Assembly: GCA_018061825.1 (NCBI GenBank)
Contig: JAGOTK010000003.1
Span: forward strand, 1 to 59,250
Direction of reading: 5' to 3'
DNA from: Minisyncoccota bacterium
GTDB taxonomy: Bacteria; Patescibacteriota; Minisyncoccia; Phycocordibacterales; UBA5272
DNA: 59,250 nucleotides
Made by a program: the position numbers and the translations under genes. Under the pieces are notes generated by a model that had not been told where the DNA came from, ran no database searches, and saw only the letters and a list, made by a program, of their open reading frames with translations. Of the stretch, positions 30,099 to 39,466 are shown one piece after another (position 1 is the stretch's first letter; each line of letters opens with the position of its first letter).

Positions 30099-32273
30099 CT
30101 AATAATCAATATCTGCATCTTTGGCGTATGTTTGAATAAAAGTTTTTCTTGGACCAACTTCTTGACCCATAAGCATATCAAATACTCTACTTGCTCCTTC
30201 TGCATCACGAGCAGATACCTGCTTTAAGATTCTATTTTTTGGATCCATTGTAGTTTCCCATAATTCTTCTGGATTCATTTCTCCTAGACCTTTGTATCTT
30301 TGGATTCTAATTTTTGTCTTCTTTTTTAAAGATTCGTCTTCTTTTTTATTTTTACTTTTCTTATCTTTCTTTTCATTATTATCTACAAATCCAGCATCTT
30401 TAAGATCAGCACTCAATTCTTCATTTTCTTCTATTTCTATAGATTCATCACTTTCTTCAACTTCTTCAAGATTAACATCTCCAATGAGTGCAAATTTTTC
30501 AGCATCAGAATAGGCATAATTTGCTTTCTTTCCTTCTGTGATCTTATAGAGTGGAGGTTGAGCAATATAAATAAATCCACTATCTATCACCTCTTTATAA
30601 TACCTAAAGAAAAATGTAAGAAGCAATGTACGAATATGCTCTCCGTCTACATCGGCATCTGTTGCTATTATCACTTTATGATAACGCATCTTTTTAATAT
30701 CAAAAGTGTCACCTATTGCAGCACCCATAGCAAGGACGAGATTTTTTACTTGTTCAGATCCTAGCATTTTATCGAGTCTTGCTCTTTCCACATTTAATAT
30801 CTTTCCTCTTAATGGGAGTATAGCCTGAGTCTTTCTATCGCGTCCCATCTTTGCAGAACCTCCAGCAGAATCTCCCTCTACAATAAACAATTCTGAATCT
30901 TCAGCATTATTGCTTTGACAATCTGCAAGCTTTCCAGGAAGAGTCATCCCTTCCAATGCTCCTTTACGAAGTACAGAATCTTTGGCAGCTTTAGCAGCTT
31001 TTCTAGCACGAAGAGCAAGTAATCCTTTACTGATAATTTCTTTTGCATCTTCTGGATGCTCTTCAAGAAAATTTGTAAATGCTTCAGAGAATACAGAAGA
31101 CACTGCTGATTGAGCTTCCATACTTCCTAGTTTTGCTTTTGTTTGTCCTTCAAATTGTATCTCATGTAGCTTTACAGATACTACAGCAGTCAACCCTTCG
31201 AGCACATCATCCCCTGTTAGATTTTCATCTTTTTCTTTTAAGATATTATTTTTACGAGCATATGAATTTATAAGACGAGTAAGTGCTGTCTTAAATCCAG
31301 ACACATGTGTACCTCCTTCAGAGTTTGGAATATTATTTGCAAAGGCTACTATCTTTGTAGAAAGATCATCTACATATTGAAGAGCAATCTCTACTCCTAC
31401 ATGCTCACTTTGATCTTCTATTTTCTTTTCTACATAAAAAATATTTTTATGTACCGGTTTACTATTAAAATTATAATGAGACACTAAACTTTTAAGTCCT
31501 CCTTCAAAAAAGAAAGTAAAGCTTTTATATCCAGAAACTACACTACCATCTAAATCTTTTATATAAGTAGATTCTTCAAAATTTTTTAAAAAAGTCGAAG
31601 AAGATTTTTCATTATCAAATTCTTCATATCTACTTCGTAGATCCAATATGTTAATCTCTAGACCTTTTACAAGATATGCTTGTTGACGAAGATGAGATAC
31701 TACACGAGATAATTCATATTCTATACCCTCTTTAAAAATTTCTATATCTGGCTTAAAAGTTACTATTGTACCGTTAAATTTTGTTTTACCTATTTCTTTT
31801 ACTTTTGCTTTTGCAATTCCTTTTGAATATTCTTGTACAAAAATTTTTCCTTCAAGATGGACTTCTACTCTCGTATAAATTGAGAGAGCATTTACCACTG
31901 AAGCTCCTACTCCATGAAGTCCTCCAGATACAGCATATCCTTCACCACTAAATTTTCCTCCAGCGTGAAGAGTTGTCATGATTGTCTCAAGAGCAGACAC
32001 TTTTGTCTTTGGATGAATGCCAGTCGGAATTCCACGACCATTATCAATTACACGAATATGATTATCAGGTAAAAGTGCAACTTCAATCTTACTTGCATAG
32101 CCGTTCATAGCTTCGTCACGAGAGTTGTCGAAAATTTCCCATATCAAATGATGAAGTCCATCAGGACCAGTTGAACCAATATACATTCCAGGACGCTTAC
32201 GAACTGGCTCAAGTCCTTCAAGGACCTGAATTGAGTCTGCACCATAATTTCCCTTTTTTGTTTCTTTTGCCAT
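30099..32273 (-). CDS. gyrB: DNA gyrase subunit B with a low-complexity insertion before the QRYKGLGEM motif
   Basis: 724 aa. YGADSIQVLEGLEPVRKRPGMYIG, Toprim EGDSAGG, RYKGLGEMNPEELWETTMDP. Confidence 0.95.
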   Translation of the reverse strand: MAKETKKGNYGADSIQVLEGLEPVRKRPGMYIGSTGPDGLHHLIWEIFDNSRDEAMNGYASKIEVALLPDNHIRVIDNGRGIPTGIHPKTKVSALETIMTTLHAGGKFSGEGYAVSGGLHGVGASVVNALSIYTRVEVHLEGKIFVQEYSKGIAKAKVKEIGKTKFNGTIVTFKPDIEIFKEGIEYELSRVVSHLRQQAYLVKGLEINILDLRSRYEEFDNEKSSSTFLKNFEESTYIKDLDGSVVSGYKSFTFFFEGGLKSLVSHYNFNSKPVHKNIFYVEKKIEDQSEHVGVEIALQYVDDLSTKIVAFANNIPNSEGGTHVSGFKTALTRLINSYARKNNILKEKDENLTGDDVLEGLTAVVSVKLHEIQFEGQTKAKLGSMEAQSAVSSVFSEAFTNFLEEHPEDAKEIISKGLLALRARKAAKAAKDSVLRKGALEGMTLPGKLADCQSNNAEDSELFIVEGDSAGGSAKMGRDRKTQAILPLRGKILNVERARLDKMLGSEQVKNLVLAMGAAIGDTFDIKKMRYHKVIIATDADVDGEHIRTLLLTFFFRYYKEVIDSGFIYIAQPPLYKITEGKKANYAYSDAEKFALIGDVNLEEVEESDESIEIEENEELSADLKDAGFVDNNEKKDKKSKNKKEDESLKKKTKIRIQRYKGLGEMNPEELWETTMDPKNRILKQVSARDAEGASRVFDMLMGQEVGPRKTFIQTYAKDADIDY

Positions 32274-32444
32274 GAGTTTAAAAAATTAAAAGAAAATAAT
32301 TTTGAAAATCCTTTGCTTCAGCTGAGCGAGATTCAAAAAAATATTTTCTTTTTTAAATTGTTAATAAGAATTTTAAGTTTATTTCATTTTTAAAAACACT
32401 ATATTTTATATGTATATTATAGCATTTTTTTAAATAAATTTCAT

Positions 32445-32473
32445 TTGACAAATAAGTATTTAAGAGTTAAAAT
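32445..32473 (+). promoter_or_regulatory. TTGACA-17-TAAAAT promoter
   Basis: Upstream of the 32521 ORF. Confidence 0.5.
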
Positions 32474-32520
32474 ATGTATCAGTAACCTATTAAATTAAAT
32501 AACCATTAAATTCTTTAATC

Positions 32521-32778
32521 ATGAGAGGTCAAAAAGAGCTACACGATTTATCACAAGATAAAAATATTCTCAGCCTTTTTAGTAAGCAAGAATTATCATT
32601 ACTAGAAACAAGAGGTATGACATTAGAAGGATTTCACTTCTACAAGGAAGCTGGGATAAAAATACAAGAATGCTCAAAATGTGTTTTTTGGGGAAATCTG
32701 AGAACGTTATTCCAAATGTATGGGATGACATCTTGCGTGCCTTGTAATTTTCAAGCTAAATTGTGTAGTAAAGACTAG
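32521..32778 (+). CDS. Hypothetical small Cys-containing protein
   Basis: 85-aa ORF. TTGACA-17-TAAAAT promoter at 32445-32473; hairpin terminator at 32802-32836. Confidence 0.45.
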   Translation: MRGQKELHDLSQDKNILSLFSKQELSLLETRGMTLEGFHFYKEAGIKIQECSKCVFWGNLRTLFQMYGMTSCVPCNFQAKLCSKD

Positions 32779-32801
32779 CAAATAATTACTCACAGTAGAG
32801 T

Positions 32802-32836
32802 AAAAGAAGTTGATAAATATCAACTTCTTTTTTATT
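32802..32836. terminator. Bidirectional hairpin
   Basis: aaaagaagttgata-aa-tatcaacttctttt. Confidence 0.7.
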
Positions 32837-32843
32837 TTCAAAT

Positions 32844-35333
32844 TTATCTAATTTCAAATCCTTTATTCTTTAAAGCGTTATATACTTTTTCTGCTTCAAG
32901 ATTTACTTCTTCGTCAGTCAAAGTTTTTTCTTTATCTTGATAAATCAATCTAAATCCAAAAGATTTCTTTTTTATATTTTCTATTTCTTTTTCAAATTTA
33001 TCAAAAAGATTTACTGAGATACATAAATCAGAAATATTTTCTCTAATTATTCTTTCCAATTCTTCTTCGTTTACTTCTTCTCCCGTCCAAAAAGCTATAT
33101 CACGCACTATAAATGGCATAAGTGAAAATGATTTATATTTTACATCTTCACTTAAATCTATTTCTTCTAAATTTACAAATTCGTATTCTTCTTCAAGGTC
33201 TTTTATAATTTCATCAAAATTAATTTCAAATTTATTTTCTTTTTGTTTTTCATTTTTAGATTCTAAAATATTAATATCTTTTATTTTTAAAGCTATTTTT
33301 ATTTCTTCTAATATCTTATTTTTAATTTCAGTATAATTTTTATTTTTCTTTCCGTCATCTATCGCAATAGCAAGACTTAGCCATTCTTTTTCTTTTCCAT
33401 TTTCGTCAGTAGAAAAACAATTTCCAAATTCAAAAATTTTTATCTCACTCAAATTGAGAAGTGGTATGTTAAAAATATTTTTCTGCACAGCATCTTCTAT
33501 TCCAACAGATAATTTATTTCTTAAAAAGTTTTTATCTTGAGCAACAGATTTGATTATTTCTATATCTCCTTTATTTCGTAGAGAATATGTATATACTTCA
33601 CTAAATCCAGCTTTAAATAAAATAGTTTTTACTACATTTGTAAAATACATTCTTTTAGAAAGCTTTCCAGATCTATTTAGATTTGGAATTTCACTTTTGA
33701 TATTGTTTAATCCGTATACTCTTGCTATTTCCTCTATCAAATCTTCTTTTATTCTTAGATCAAGTCTTTCCTCTGGTATTGTGATTATAAATCTTTCTTC
33801 ATCAATACTCTCAAGAACTCGACCATATCCTACAAACTTTCCTTTTTCTAAAAATTTATCCAAAGATTCTACCTCTGTTCCTTTTTCTAATTTACTAGAT
33901 GAATGTAAAATATTATCGCCCCCTATATACATAGCAAGATGATCTATTCCTTTTTCTACTTTTTCTCCTTTATGATAATCTTTTCCTTCAAAATAAATCC
34001 CTGTTGTTTTTATCTCTCCAGTATTTATAAAAATAAAATCTCCAAATCTTAAATCTTCTTTATCTTTTATTTCTTTTCCTAGATCTTTTGTATATAAATA
34101 TTTATCTATAGAAATAGAGGGTAAATATACTCCTTCATACAAATATGACACTAGAGATGAGCAAGAAAATGCATCTGGAGCATCTTCTCTCATAGAGCTT
34201 GGATTTTTATATTTTTTACCTACGACATCTCTAATCACGCTTTCAATGTTTTCTTTTGTAGAAATATATTTATATGAAAATCCAAATCTATCAAAAATAT
34301 TTTGTACTTCTTTTTGCTTTAATTCTGTTCCTAATATTTTATTTATTTCTTTTAAAGATACAGATACTTTGTATTTCCATTTACTTAATTTTTCTTTTGG
34401 AAAATTGTCTACAATCTCGCCTATTTCTATATTTGTATTTTCATCACTCGCATATTCTTTTATTAATTTTAAAGTTTCTACCATTCCGATTTCTACAAGT
34501 TCGTCAGCTAGCTCATTTTCAAATCTTTTACTTGCGTCTGTTTTAAGATTATATTTTTGTGAAGTCTTTCTAATTAAGACAGGATTAAAATTTGCACTTT
34601 CTACAATAATATTTTTTGTAGTAGAAGAAATCCCAGAATGCTTTCCACCTTTTATTCCAGCAAGACCGAGTACATTTTTAGCGTCTGCTATCACTAAAGT
34701 TTTTTCATCAAGACTTAATTCTTTATTATCAAGTGTTGTCATCACTTCACCCTCTTTCGCAAATCTTGCTTCAAGAAATTCTGAAATTAAATCAGCATCA
34801 TATGCATGCATTGGTTTATTAAAGCTAAATTGCACATAGTTTGTGATGTCTACAATGTTATTTATACTTTTTTGCCCAATACTTTCTAGTCTGTATTTTA
34901 TAAATTCTGGACTATCTTTTACTAATATATTATTTACTTTGCACCCCATAAATCTTGTACAAGATTTACCAGTATTTGCTTCTGCAGCAATTTTTACAAA
35001 ATCAGAATCAGATTTTATAACAGAAAAATTATTTTCTAAATTTTTCTCTCCTAAGTTTCTTTCTTTCATTTTAAAACCAAAAAGTGTAGCGACTTCTTTG
35101 GCCATATAATAATGTGATAGTGCATCGTGCGCTCTATTTGGAAGAACATTTAAATCATAAATCCAATCAGTCTTTTCTGCTTTTTTATCTTCTTCTTTTT
35201 CTGCTGTTTTATTTTCTATTTCAAAATATTCTTCTACTTCAAAAGCATTAGTAGAAATAACTTTAACAAAATCCTCCCCTTTTGGAATTTTCTCTTCTAC
35301 ATATTCTTGTATCCAACTGTGTAAATATTTCAT
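32844..35333 (-). CDS. pheT: Phenylalanyl-tRNA synthetase beta subunit, no OB tRNA-binding domain, NlpC/P60-like insertion in B5
   Basis: 829 aa. B3/B4 (PMHAYDADL), B5 halves (VSVSLKEINKILG... and ...IITIPEERLDLRIKEDLIEEIARVYGLNNI) split by ~155 aa carrying FSCSSLVSYLY / DHLAMYIGG / ILHSS. Confidence 0.9.
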   Translation of the reverse strand: MKYLHSWIQEYVEEKIPKGEDFVKVISTNAFEVEEYFEIENKTAEKEEDKKAEKTDWIYDLNVLPNRAHDALSHYYMAKEVATLFGFKMKERNLGEKNLENNFSVIKSDSDFVKIAAEANTGKSCTRFMGCKVNNILVKDSPEFIKYRLESIGQKSINNIVDITNYVQFSFNKPMHAYDADLISEFLEARFAKEGEVMTTLDNKELSLDEKTLVIADAKNVLGLAGIKGGKHSGISSTTKNIIVESANFNPVLIRKTSQKYNLKTDASKRFENELADELVEIGMVETLKLIKEYASDENTNIEIGEIVDNFPKEKLSKWKYKVSVSLKEINKILGTELKQKEVQNIFDRFGFSYKYISTKENIESVIRDVVGKKYKNPSSMREDAPDAFSCSSLVSYLYEGVYLPSISIDKYLYTKDLGKEIKDKEDLRFGDFIFINTGEIKTTGIYFEGKDYHKGEKVEKGIDHLAMYIGGDNILHSSSKLEKGTEVESLDKFLEKGKFVGYGRVLESIDEERFIITIPEERLDLRIKEDLIEEIARVYGLNNIKSEIPNLNRSGKLSKRMYFTNVVKTILFKAGFSEVYTYSLRNKGDIEIIKSVAQDKNFLRNKLSVGIEDAVQKNIFNIPLLNLSEIKIFEFGNCFSTDENGKEKEWLSLAIAIDDGKKNKNYTEIKNKILEEIKIALKIKDINILESKNEKQKENKFEINFDEIIKDLEEEYEFVNLEEIDLSEDVKYKSFSLMPFIVRDIAFWTGEEVNEEELERIIRENISDLCISVNLFDKFEKEIENIKKKSFGFRLIYQDKEKTLTDEEVNLEAEKVYNALKNKGFEIR

Positions 35334-35347
35334 AAAATGATTTTAAA

Positions 35348-36112
35348 TTAAAATTGATTTACTACTCTTAAATCTCCATTATATAAAAATCTAATATCGT
35401 CTAGGCCATATTTTAGCATTGCAAGTCTATCTATACCCCCACCAAAAGCAAAGCCAGAATATTTTTTAGAATCTATACCGCAATTTTCAAGGACTTTTGG
35501 ATGGACCATTCCTGCTCCCATAATTTCTATATATCCTGTCTTTTTACAAATATTGCATCCAGCTCCATCACATTTGAAGCATCTCATAGCCACTTCAAGA
35601 CCAGGCTCTACAAATGGAAAAAATGAAGAGCGAAATACTACATCAATTTCTTTTTCAAAAAATTCTGAAAAAAATTTTTCAAGTACTCCTTTTAAATTTC
35701 CAAGAGAAATATTTTCTCCGACAAGTAATCCTTCTACTTGGTGAAATTGCGCCTCATGAGTCGCATCTGTCGCTTCATTTCTAAAAACTTTTCCTGGGAC
35801 ACATATTGCAAGTGGGAAATTTTTATTCCCAACTTCTACTTCTTTTACAAAATTTTGCATGTATCTTATCTGTACGCTTGAAGTATGAGTACGCAATACT
35901 GCTTTTCCATTTTTTTCATCTTCTTTTAATTTTAAAAAGAAAGTATCTTGCATATCACGACTTGAGTGATCTTTAGGCACATTGAGAGCGTCAAAGTTGT
36001 ACCATTCTCTCTCTAGCTCTGGACCATCAGCAATATCAAAACCCATTTCTGTAAAAATCTTAGAAATCTTGGTTGATAAAATTGTGATTGGATGAGCGTG
36101 AGCTTCTTTCAT
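35348..36112 (-). CDS. pheS: Phenylalanyl-tRNA synthetase alpha subunit, catalytic core only
   Basis: 254 aa. HPITILSTKI, FRNEATDATHEAQFHQVEG (motif 2), CFKCDGAGCNICKKTGYIEIMGAGMVHP. Confidence 0.95.
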   Translation of the reverse strand: MKEAHAHPITILSTKISKIFTEMGFDIADGPELEREWYNFDALNVPKDHSSRDMQDTFFLKLKEDEKNGKAVLRTHTSSVQIRYMQNFVKEVEVGNKNFPLAICVPGKVFRNEATDATHEAQFHQVEGLLVGENISLGNLKGVLEKFFSEFFEKEIDVVFRSSFFPFVEPGLEVAMRCFKCDGAGCNICKKTGYIEIMGAGMVHPKVLENCGIDSKKYSGFAFGGGIDRLAMLKYGLDDIRFLYNGDLRVVNQF

Positions 36113-36130
36113 ATGCTTTATAGTAAAAAA

Positions 36131-36139
36131 ATTATATCA
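36131..36139 (-). promoter_or_regulatory. Extended -10 TGATATAAT upstream of pheS
   Basis: 18 nt to the ATG. Confidence 0.5.
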
Positions 36140-36170
36140 TAAAGCCTTATTTTTAATAAATCAAAAAAAG

Positions 36171-36179
36171 TGCTAGAAT
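36171..36179 (+). promoter_or_regulatory. Extended -10 TGCTAGAAT upstream of the GT2 gene
   Basis: 42 nt to the ATG. Confidence 0.4.
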
Positions 36180-36221
36180 GTATAAAATAAAAGCCTAAAG
36201 AATAAGGCCCAAGACTTATTT

Positions 36222-37493
36222 ATGCAAATAATATTTGAATATCTTTTCTATTGTTTTAGCTTCTTGTCATTATATGTACAGATATATTTTTTAGTTGTTT
36301 TTCTTGAAAAATATAAAGAGATAAAAATACACAAAGAACCTTTAAAGCTTTTTGAAAATGATGAAGACTATCCAGGAGTGACAATCACCGTCCCAGCATA
36401 CAATGAAGGATTAAATGTAAAGAAAACTGTCGCATCTCTTCTAAAACTTAATTATCCAAAAAATAAATTATTTTTGATATTAGTTGATGATGGTAGTACA
36501 GATAATACTTGGGAAATAATGCAAGAGTATAAAGACCATCCTCAAATAAAAATATTCACAAAAGAAAATGGAGGAAAGTATACCGCTCAAAATCTTGGAC
36601 TTAAAAATACAACCACTCCATTTTTGGGATGTCTTGATTCTGATTCTGAAGTTAATGAAGAAGCTTTAAATAGAATAATCTATCATTTTAAAGATCCAAC
36701 CATAATGGCTATAGCTCCTACTATAGTCTCACATAATGAGACAAACATAGTACAAAAAGCACAAAAGATAGATTATGAACTTCAGATTTATGTAAAAAAA
36801 ATGTATGGATTTATTGATGCTATACATGTGACTCCTGGACCATTTTCTATTTTTAGAAAAGAAGTATTTGAAAAAATTGGCCCATACAAGCATGCACATC
36901 TAACAGAAGATCAAGAGATAGCCCTTCGTATGCATCAGCACAACATGCGTATAGATCATGCTCCAGATGCTTATGTATATACAAATACCCCAAAGACTGT
37001 GAAAGCTTTATACAAGCAACGCACACGCTGGATCTATGGATTTATACGTAATGCTTTAGATTACAAACATCTACTATTTAAGAAAAAATACGGAAATATT
37101 GGATTTATAACATTACCTGCTGGATTCATATCTGTATTATCTGTATTATTTTTATTTATTTTTACAGGATACAATTTATACAACTACATAAAACAAAAAT
37201 CACTCATAGTGTCTGCTGTAGGCTTTAGTATAAAAACTTCCACTATAAAAATAGATCCTTTCTTTATAAATACTTCCGCTATTCTTTTTATATCTTTAAT
37301 AGTCTACAGCTCTCTATTCTTTTCATTATTTATGGGTCACAGGATTCTTCATGGTAAAACAAAATTCAATCTCAACATTGTATGGTTCTTTATAGTTTAT
37401 GGTGCCATAGCTCCATTTTGGCTTTTAAAAGCTGTGATAAACTCTATAAGAAATTATGAGACTAGTTGGACAAAAGAGATTGATAGTAGATAA
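36222..37493 (+). CDS. Processive family-2 glycosyltransferase (PgaC/IcaA/cellulose-synthase-like)
   Basis: 423 aa. TVPAYNEG, VDDGSTDNT, LDSDS, TEDQEIALR, QRTRW; N-terminal plus 3-4 C-terminal TM helices. Confidence 0.85.
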   Translation: MQIIFEYLFYCFSFLSLYVQIYFLVVFLEKYKEIKIHKEPLKLFENDEDYPGVTITVPAYNEGLNVKKTVASLLKLNYPKNKLFLILVDDGSTDNTWEIMQEYKDHPQIKIFTKENGGKYTAQNLGLKNTTTPFLGCLDSDSEVNEEALNRIIYHFKDPTIMAIAPTIVSHNETNIVQKAQKIDYELQIYVKKMYGFIDAIHVTPGPFSIFRKEVFEKIGPYKHAHLTEDQEIALRMHQHNMRIDHAPDAYVYTNTPKTVKALYKQRTRWIYGFIRNALDYKHLLFKKKYGNIGFITLPAGFISVLSVLFLFIFTGYNLYNYIKQKSLIVSAVGFSIKTSTIKIDPFFINTSAILFISLIVYSSLFFSLFMGHRILHGKTKFNLNIVWFFIVYGAIAPFWLLKAVINSIRNYETSWTKEIDSR

Positions 37494-37548
37494 CTAGTTT
37501 TTTAAAAATATTCTGCTATAATAATTCAAAATTAACATTTAAAAACTT

Positions 37549-38256
37549 ATGCAAAAAAAGGATATTTTAAGATATATAATAGTATTTTTCATTACTTTGA
37601 CTTTATTTTTGACAGCTATATGGCTCTCATCTTTTATAAATGATTATAAGCTTAATGACATAAAAGACGTTCAAGATAAGATATCACTTGATATCTCTTC
37701 TTCTGAGACTCAATTTCAACTCTTGCAAGGCATGTCTTGTAAAGATGTTTCTGCTTCTACTCTATCTGACGCTTTAAATAATCTTGCAGAGAAAATTACT
37801 TACAGTGAACAAAATATAAAGCAGAGAGATCAAGTATCTGATTTAAAAAAATATTACAGTCTACTTGAAATAAAAGATTACCTCTTGATGCAAAAAATAA
37901 AAGAAAAATGCAACATGCCTGTGATACCAATATTTTACTTTTATACAACTTCTGAAAATTGTGCCAATTGCGTAAAAGAGTCTGCTGTACTTAGTGAGCT
38001 TCGCAATAAATATCCAGAGCTTCGTGTATATTCTTTTGATTACAATCTTGATTTATCAGCCCTAGATACTTTAAAAAAGATCTTTAAAGTTGATGACAAA
38101 AAGCTCCCTGCTATATATATAAATGACAAGCTTTATACAGGCTTTCAATCTGAAGAAGATATTTTAAAAGCTTTGCCAGAGCTAGCTAAATACGAAAAAG
38201 AAAGACTGGAAGAAGAAGCAAAAATAGCTTCGAGTACCAAAGCGAATAATAAATAA
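37549..38256 (+). CDS. Membrane-anchored thioredoxin-like protein (CxxC)
   Basis: 235 aa. N-terminal TM; FYFYTTSENCANCVKES... resembles a thioredoxin-fold active site. Confidence 0.5.
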   Translation: MQKKDILRYIIVFFITLTLFLTAIWLSSFINDYKLNDIKDVQDKISLDISSSETQFQLLQGMSCKDVSASTLSDALNNLAEKITYSEQNIKQRDQVSDLKKYYSLLEIKDYLLMQKIKEKCNMPVIPIFYFYTTSENCANCVKESAVLSELRNKYPELRVYSFDYNLDLSALDTLKKIFKVDDKKLPAIYINDKLYTGFQSEEDILKALPELAKYEKERLEEEAKIASSTKANNK

Positions 38257-38309
38257 TATATTAAATAGATAATTAATTTAATAAAAATTATTTAAATTTA
38301 GTAAAAATA

Positions 38310-38338
38310 AAAACTCCGAAATTAATCGGAGTTTTTAT
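38310..38338. terminator. Bidirectional hairpin
   Basis: aaaactccga-aattaa-tcggagtttt. Confidence 0.75.
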
Positions 38339-38342
38339 TTAT

Positions 38343-38418
38343 TGGAGCCGCTTTTCAGATTCGAACTGAAGACCTACGGTTTACAAAACCGTTGCTCTAC
38401 CAACTGAGCTAAAGCGGC
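38343..38418 (-). tRNA. tRNA-Thr, anticodon UGU (CCA encoded)
   Basis: Reverse complement: GCCGCTT/AAGCGGC acceptor, ACGGT-TTTGTAA-ACCGT anticodon arm, TTCAG-TTCGAAT-CTGAA T-arm, TCCA end. Confidence 0.9.
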
Positions 38419-38512
38419 AAACATTTTTATCTGTATAATATATCACAAAGATTTTTTTTTACAAAATCTTTAAATTTTAAGATTTTATATAAAAAACCTT
38501 TCTTTTTATAGA

Positions 38513-38935
38513 CTATTTGTTAATAGTATTTATAGAGTCATCATCTATTCTATTTTGATTTTCTTCGTCAATTTCTTTTTTATACTTCTTTAAATGAGAC
38601 CAGAAATGAGGAACTGTTTTTTTATCTCTGATTACCTCTTTTACAAATTTATCTCTACTGTTCATATATACTCTCTCAGATAAAGATGTTAACCATGCCA
38701 AAATTTGAACTCTATAGTGCAAGATCTTTTGATAATAAAGATTTACATATATAGAAAATATTATAGAAATGTATTTTAATTTTCTAAAAATAAAAATTAA
38801 AAATATTTTATGACCGTCATAATCATGATCATATTTTTCCGGATTCTTTACTAAATAAATCATTCTCATTTTTACAAGTAAAAATGAAAGGAAAAAAAAT
38901 ATAAAAGCTAAACCAAAAAAAATATAAACAAACAT
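38513..38935 (-). CDS. Hypothetical membrane protein
   Basis: 140-aa ORF, 14 nt downstream of tsf; 2-3 hydrophobic helices. Confidence 0.5.
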   Translation of the reverse strand: MFVYIFFGLAFIFFFLSFLLVKMRMIYLVKNPEKYDHDYDGHKIFLIFIFRKLKYISIIFSIYVNLYYQKILHYRVQILAWLTSLSERVYMNSRDKFVKEVIRDKKTVPHFWSHLKKYKKEIDEENQNRIDDDSINTINK

Positions 38936-38949
38936 AAAAATAAAATATA

Positions 38950-39423
38950 TTAGATTGAATATCTAACAAATCTTTTTACTTTTGTATTTTCTCCGAATTT
39001 TTGAACTGCCGCTTCGATCTTTTGTTCAATAGTTTGTGAAGGATCTTTAATAAATGCTTGCTTTAAAAGTGAAGTCTCTTCTCCCGCTTCATCTTCATTA
39101 TTTATAGATGAAGGATCCATCGCCACAACATGAAAAGCTATCTCATTTGCAAGAGCTTTAAATTCTTCATTCTTTGCTACAAAATCTGTCTCACAAGATA
39201 ATTCAACCATTGCAGCTGACATTCCTCCACCATATACATAAAATCCTACCACTCCCGCTCCAAGCTCTCTTTCAGATTTTTTAGCAGCTACTTCTTTTGC
39301 TTTTTCAGCAAGAATAGTCATAGCTTTTTCTTTATCACCGTTTGATTCATCTAAGGCTTTTTTAATCTCACCGAAAGAAAGACCTGTAGTTTCTCTTAAC
39401 TCTTTAATTAATTCAATAGACAT
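38950..39423 (-). CDS. tsf: Elongation factor Ts, short form
   Basis: 157 aa. UBA-like N-terminus IKELRETTGLSFGEIKKALDESNGDKEKA; follows rpsB. Confidence 0.85.
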   Translation of the reverse strand: MSIELIKELRETTGLSFGEIKKALDESNGDKEKAMTILAEKAKEVAAKKSERELGAGVVGFYVYGGGMSAAMVELSCETDFVAKNEEFKALANEIAFHVVAMDPSSINNEDEAGEETSLLKQAFIKDPSQTIEQKIEAAVQKFGENTKVKRFVRYSI

Positions 39424-39466
39424 ATTTTTTTATTATAAATATATTATAACTTATAATTATAAATAT

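Noticed and set aside
30306-30480. Intein in gyrB.
   Set aside because: The insert is under 60 aa and low-complexity. It lacks the N-terminal Cys/Ser block and the terminal His-Asn of inteins.
34246-34839. 197-aa plus-strand ORF, along with 33550-33942, 34274-34546 and 34843-35109.
   Set aside because: All lie antisense inside pheT, whose product has clear family motifs. Their F/L/S/I-rich composition is typical of antisense frames in AT-rich genes.
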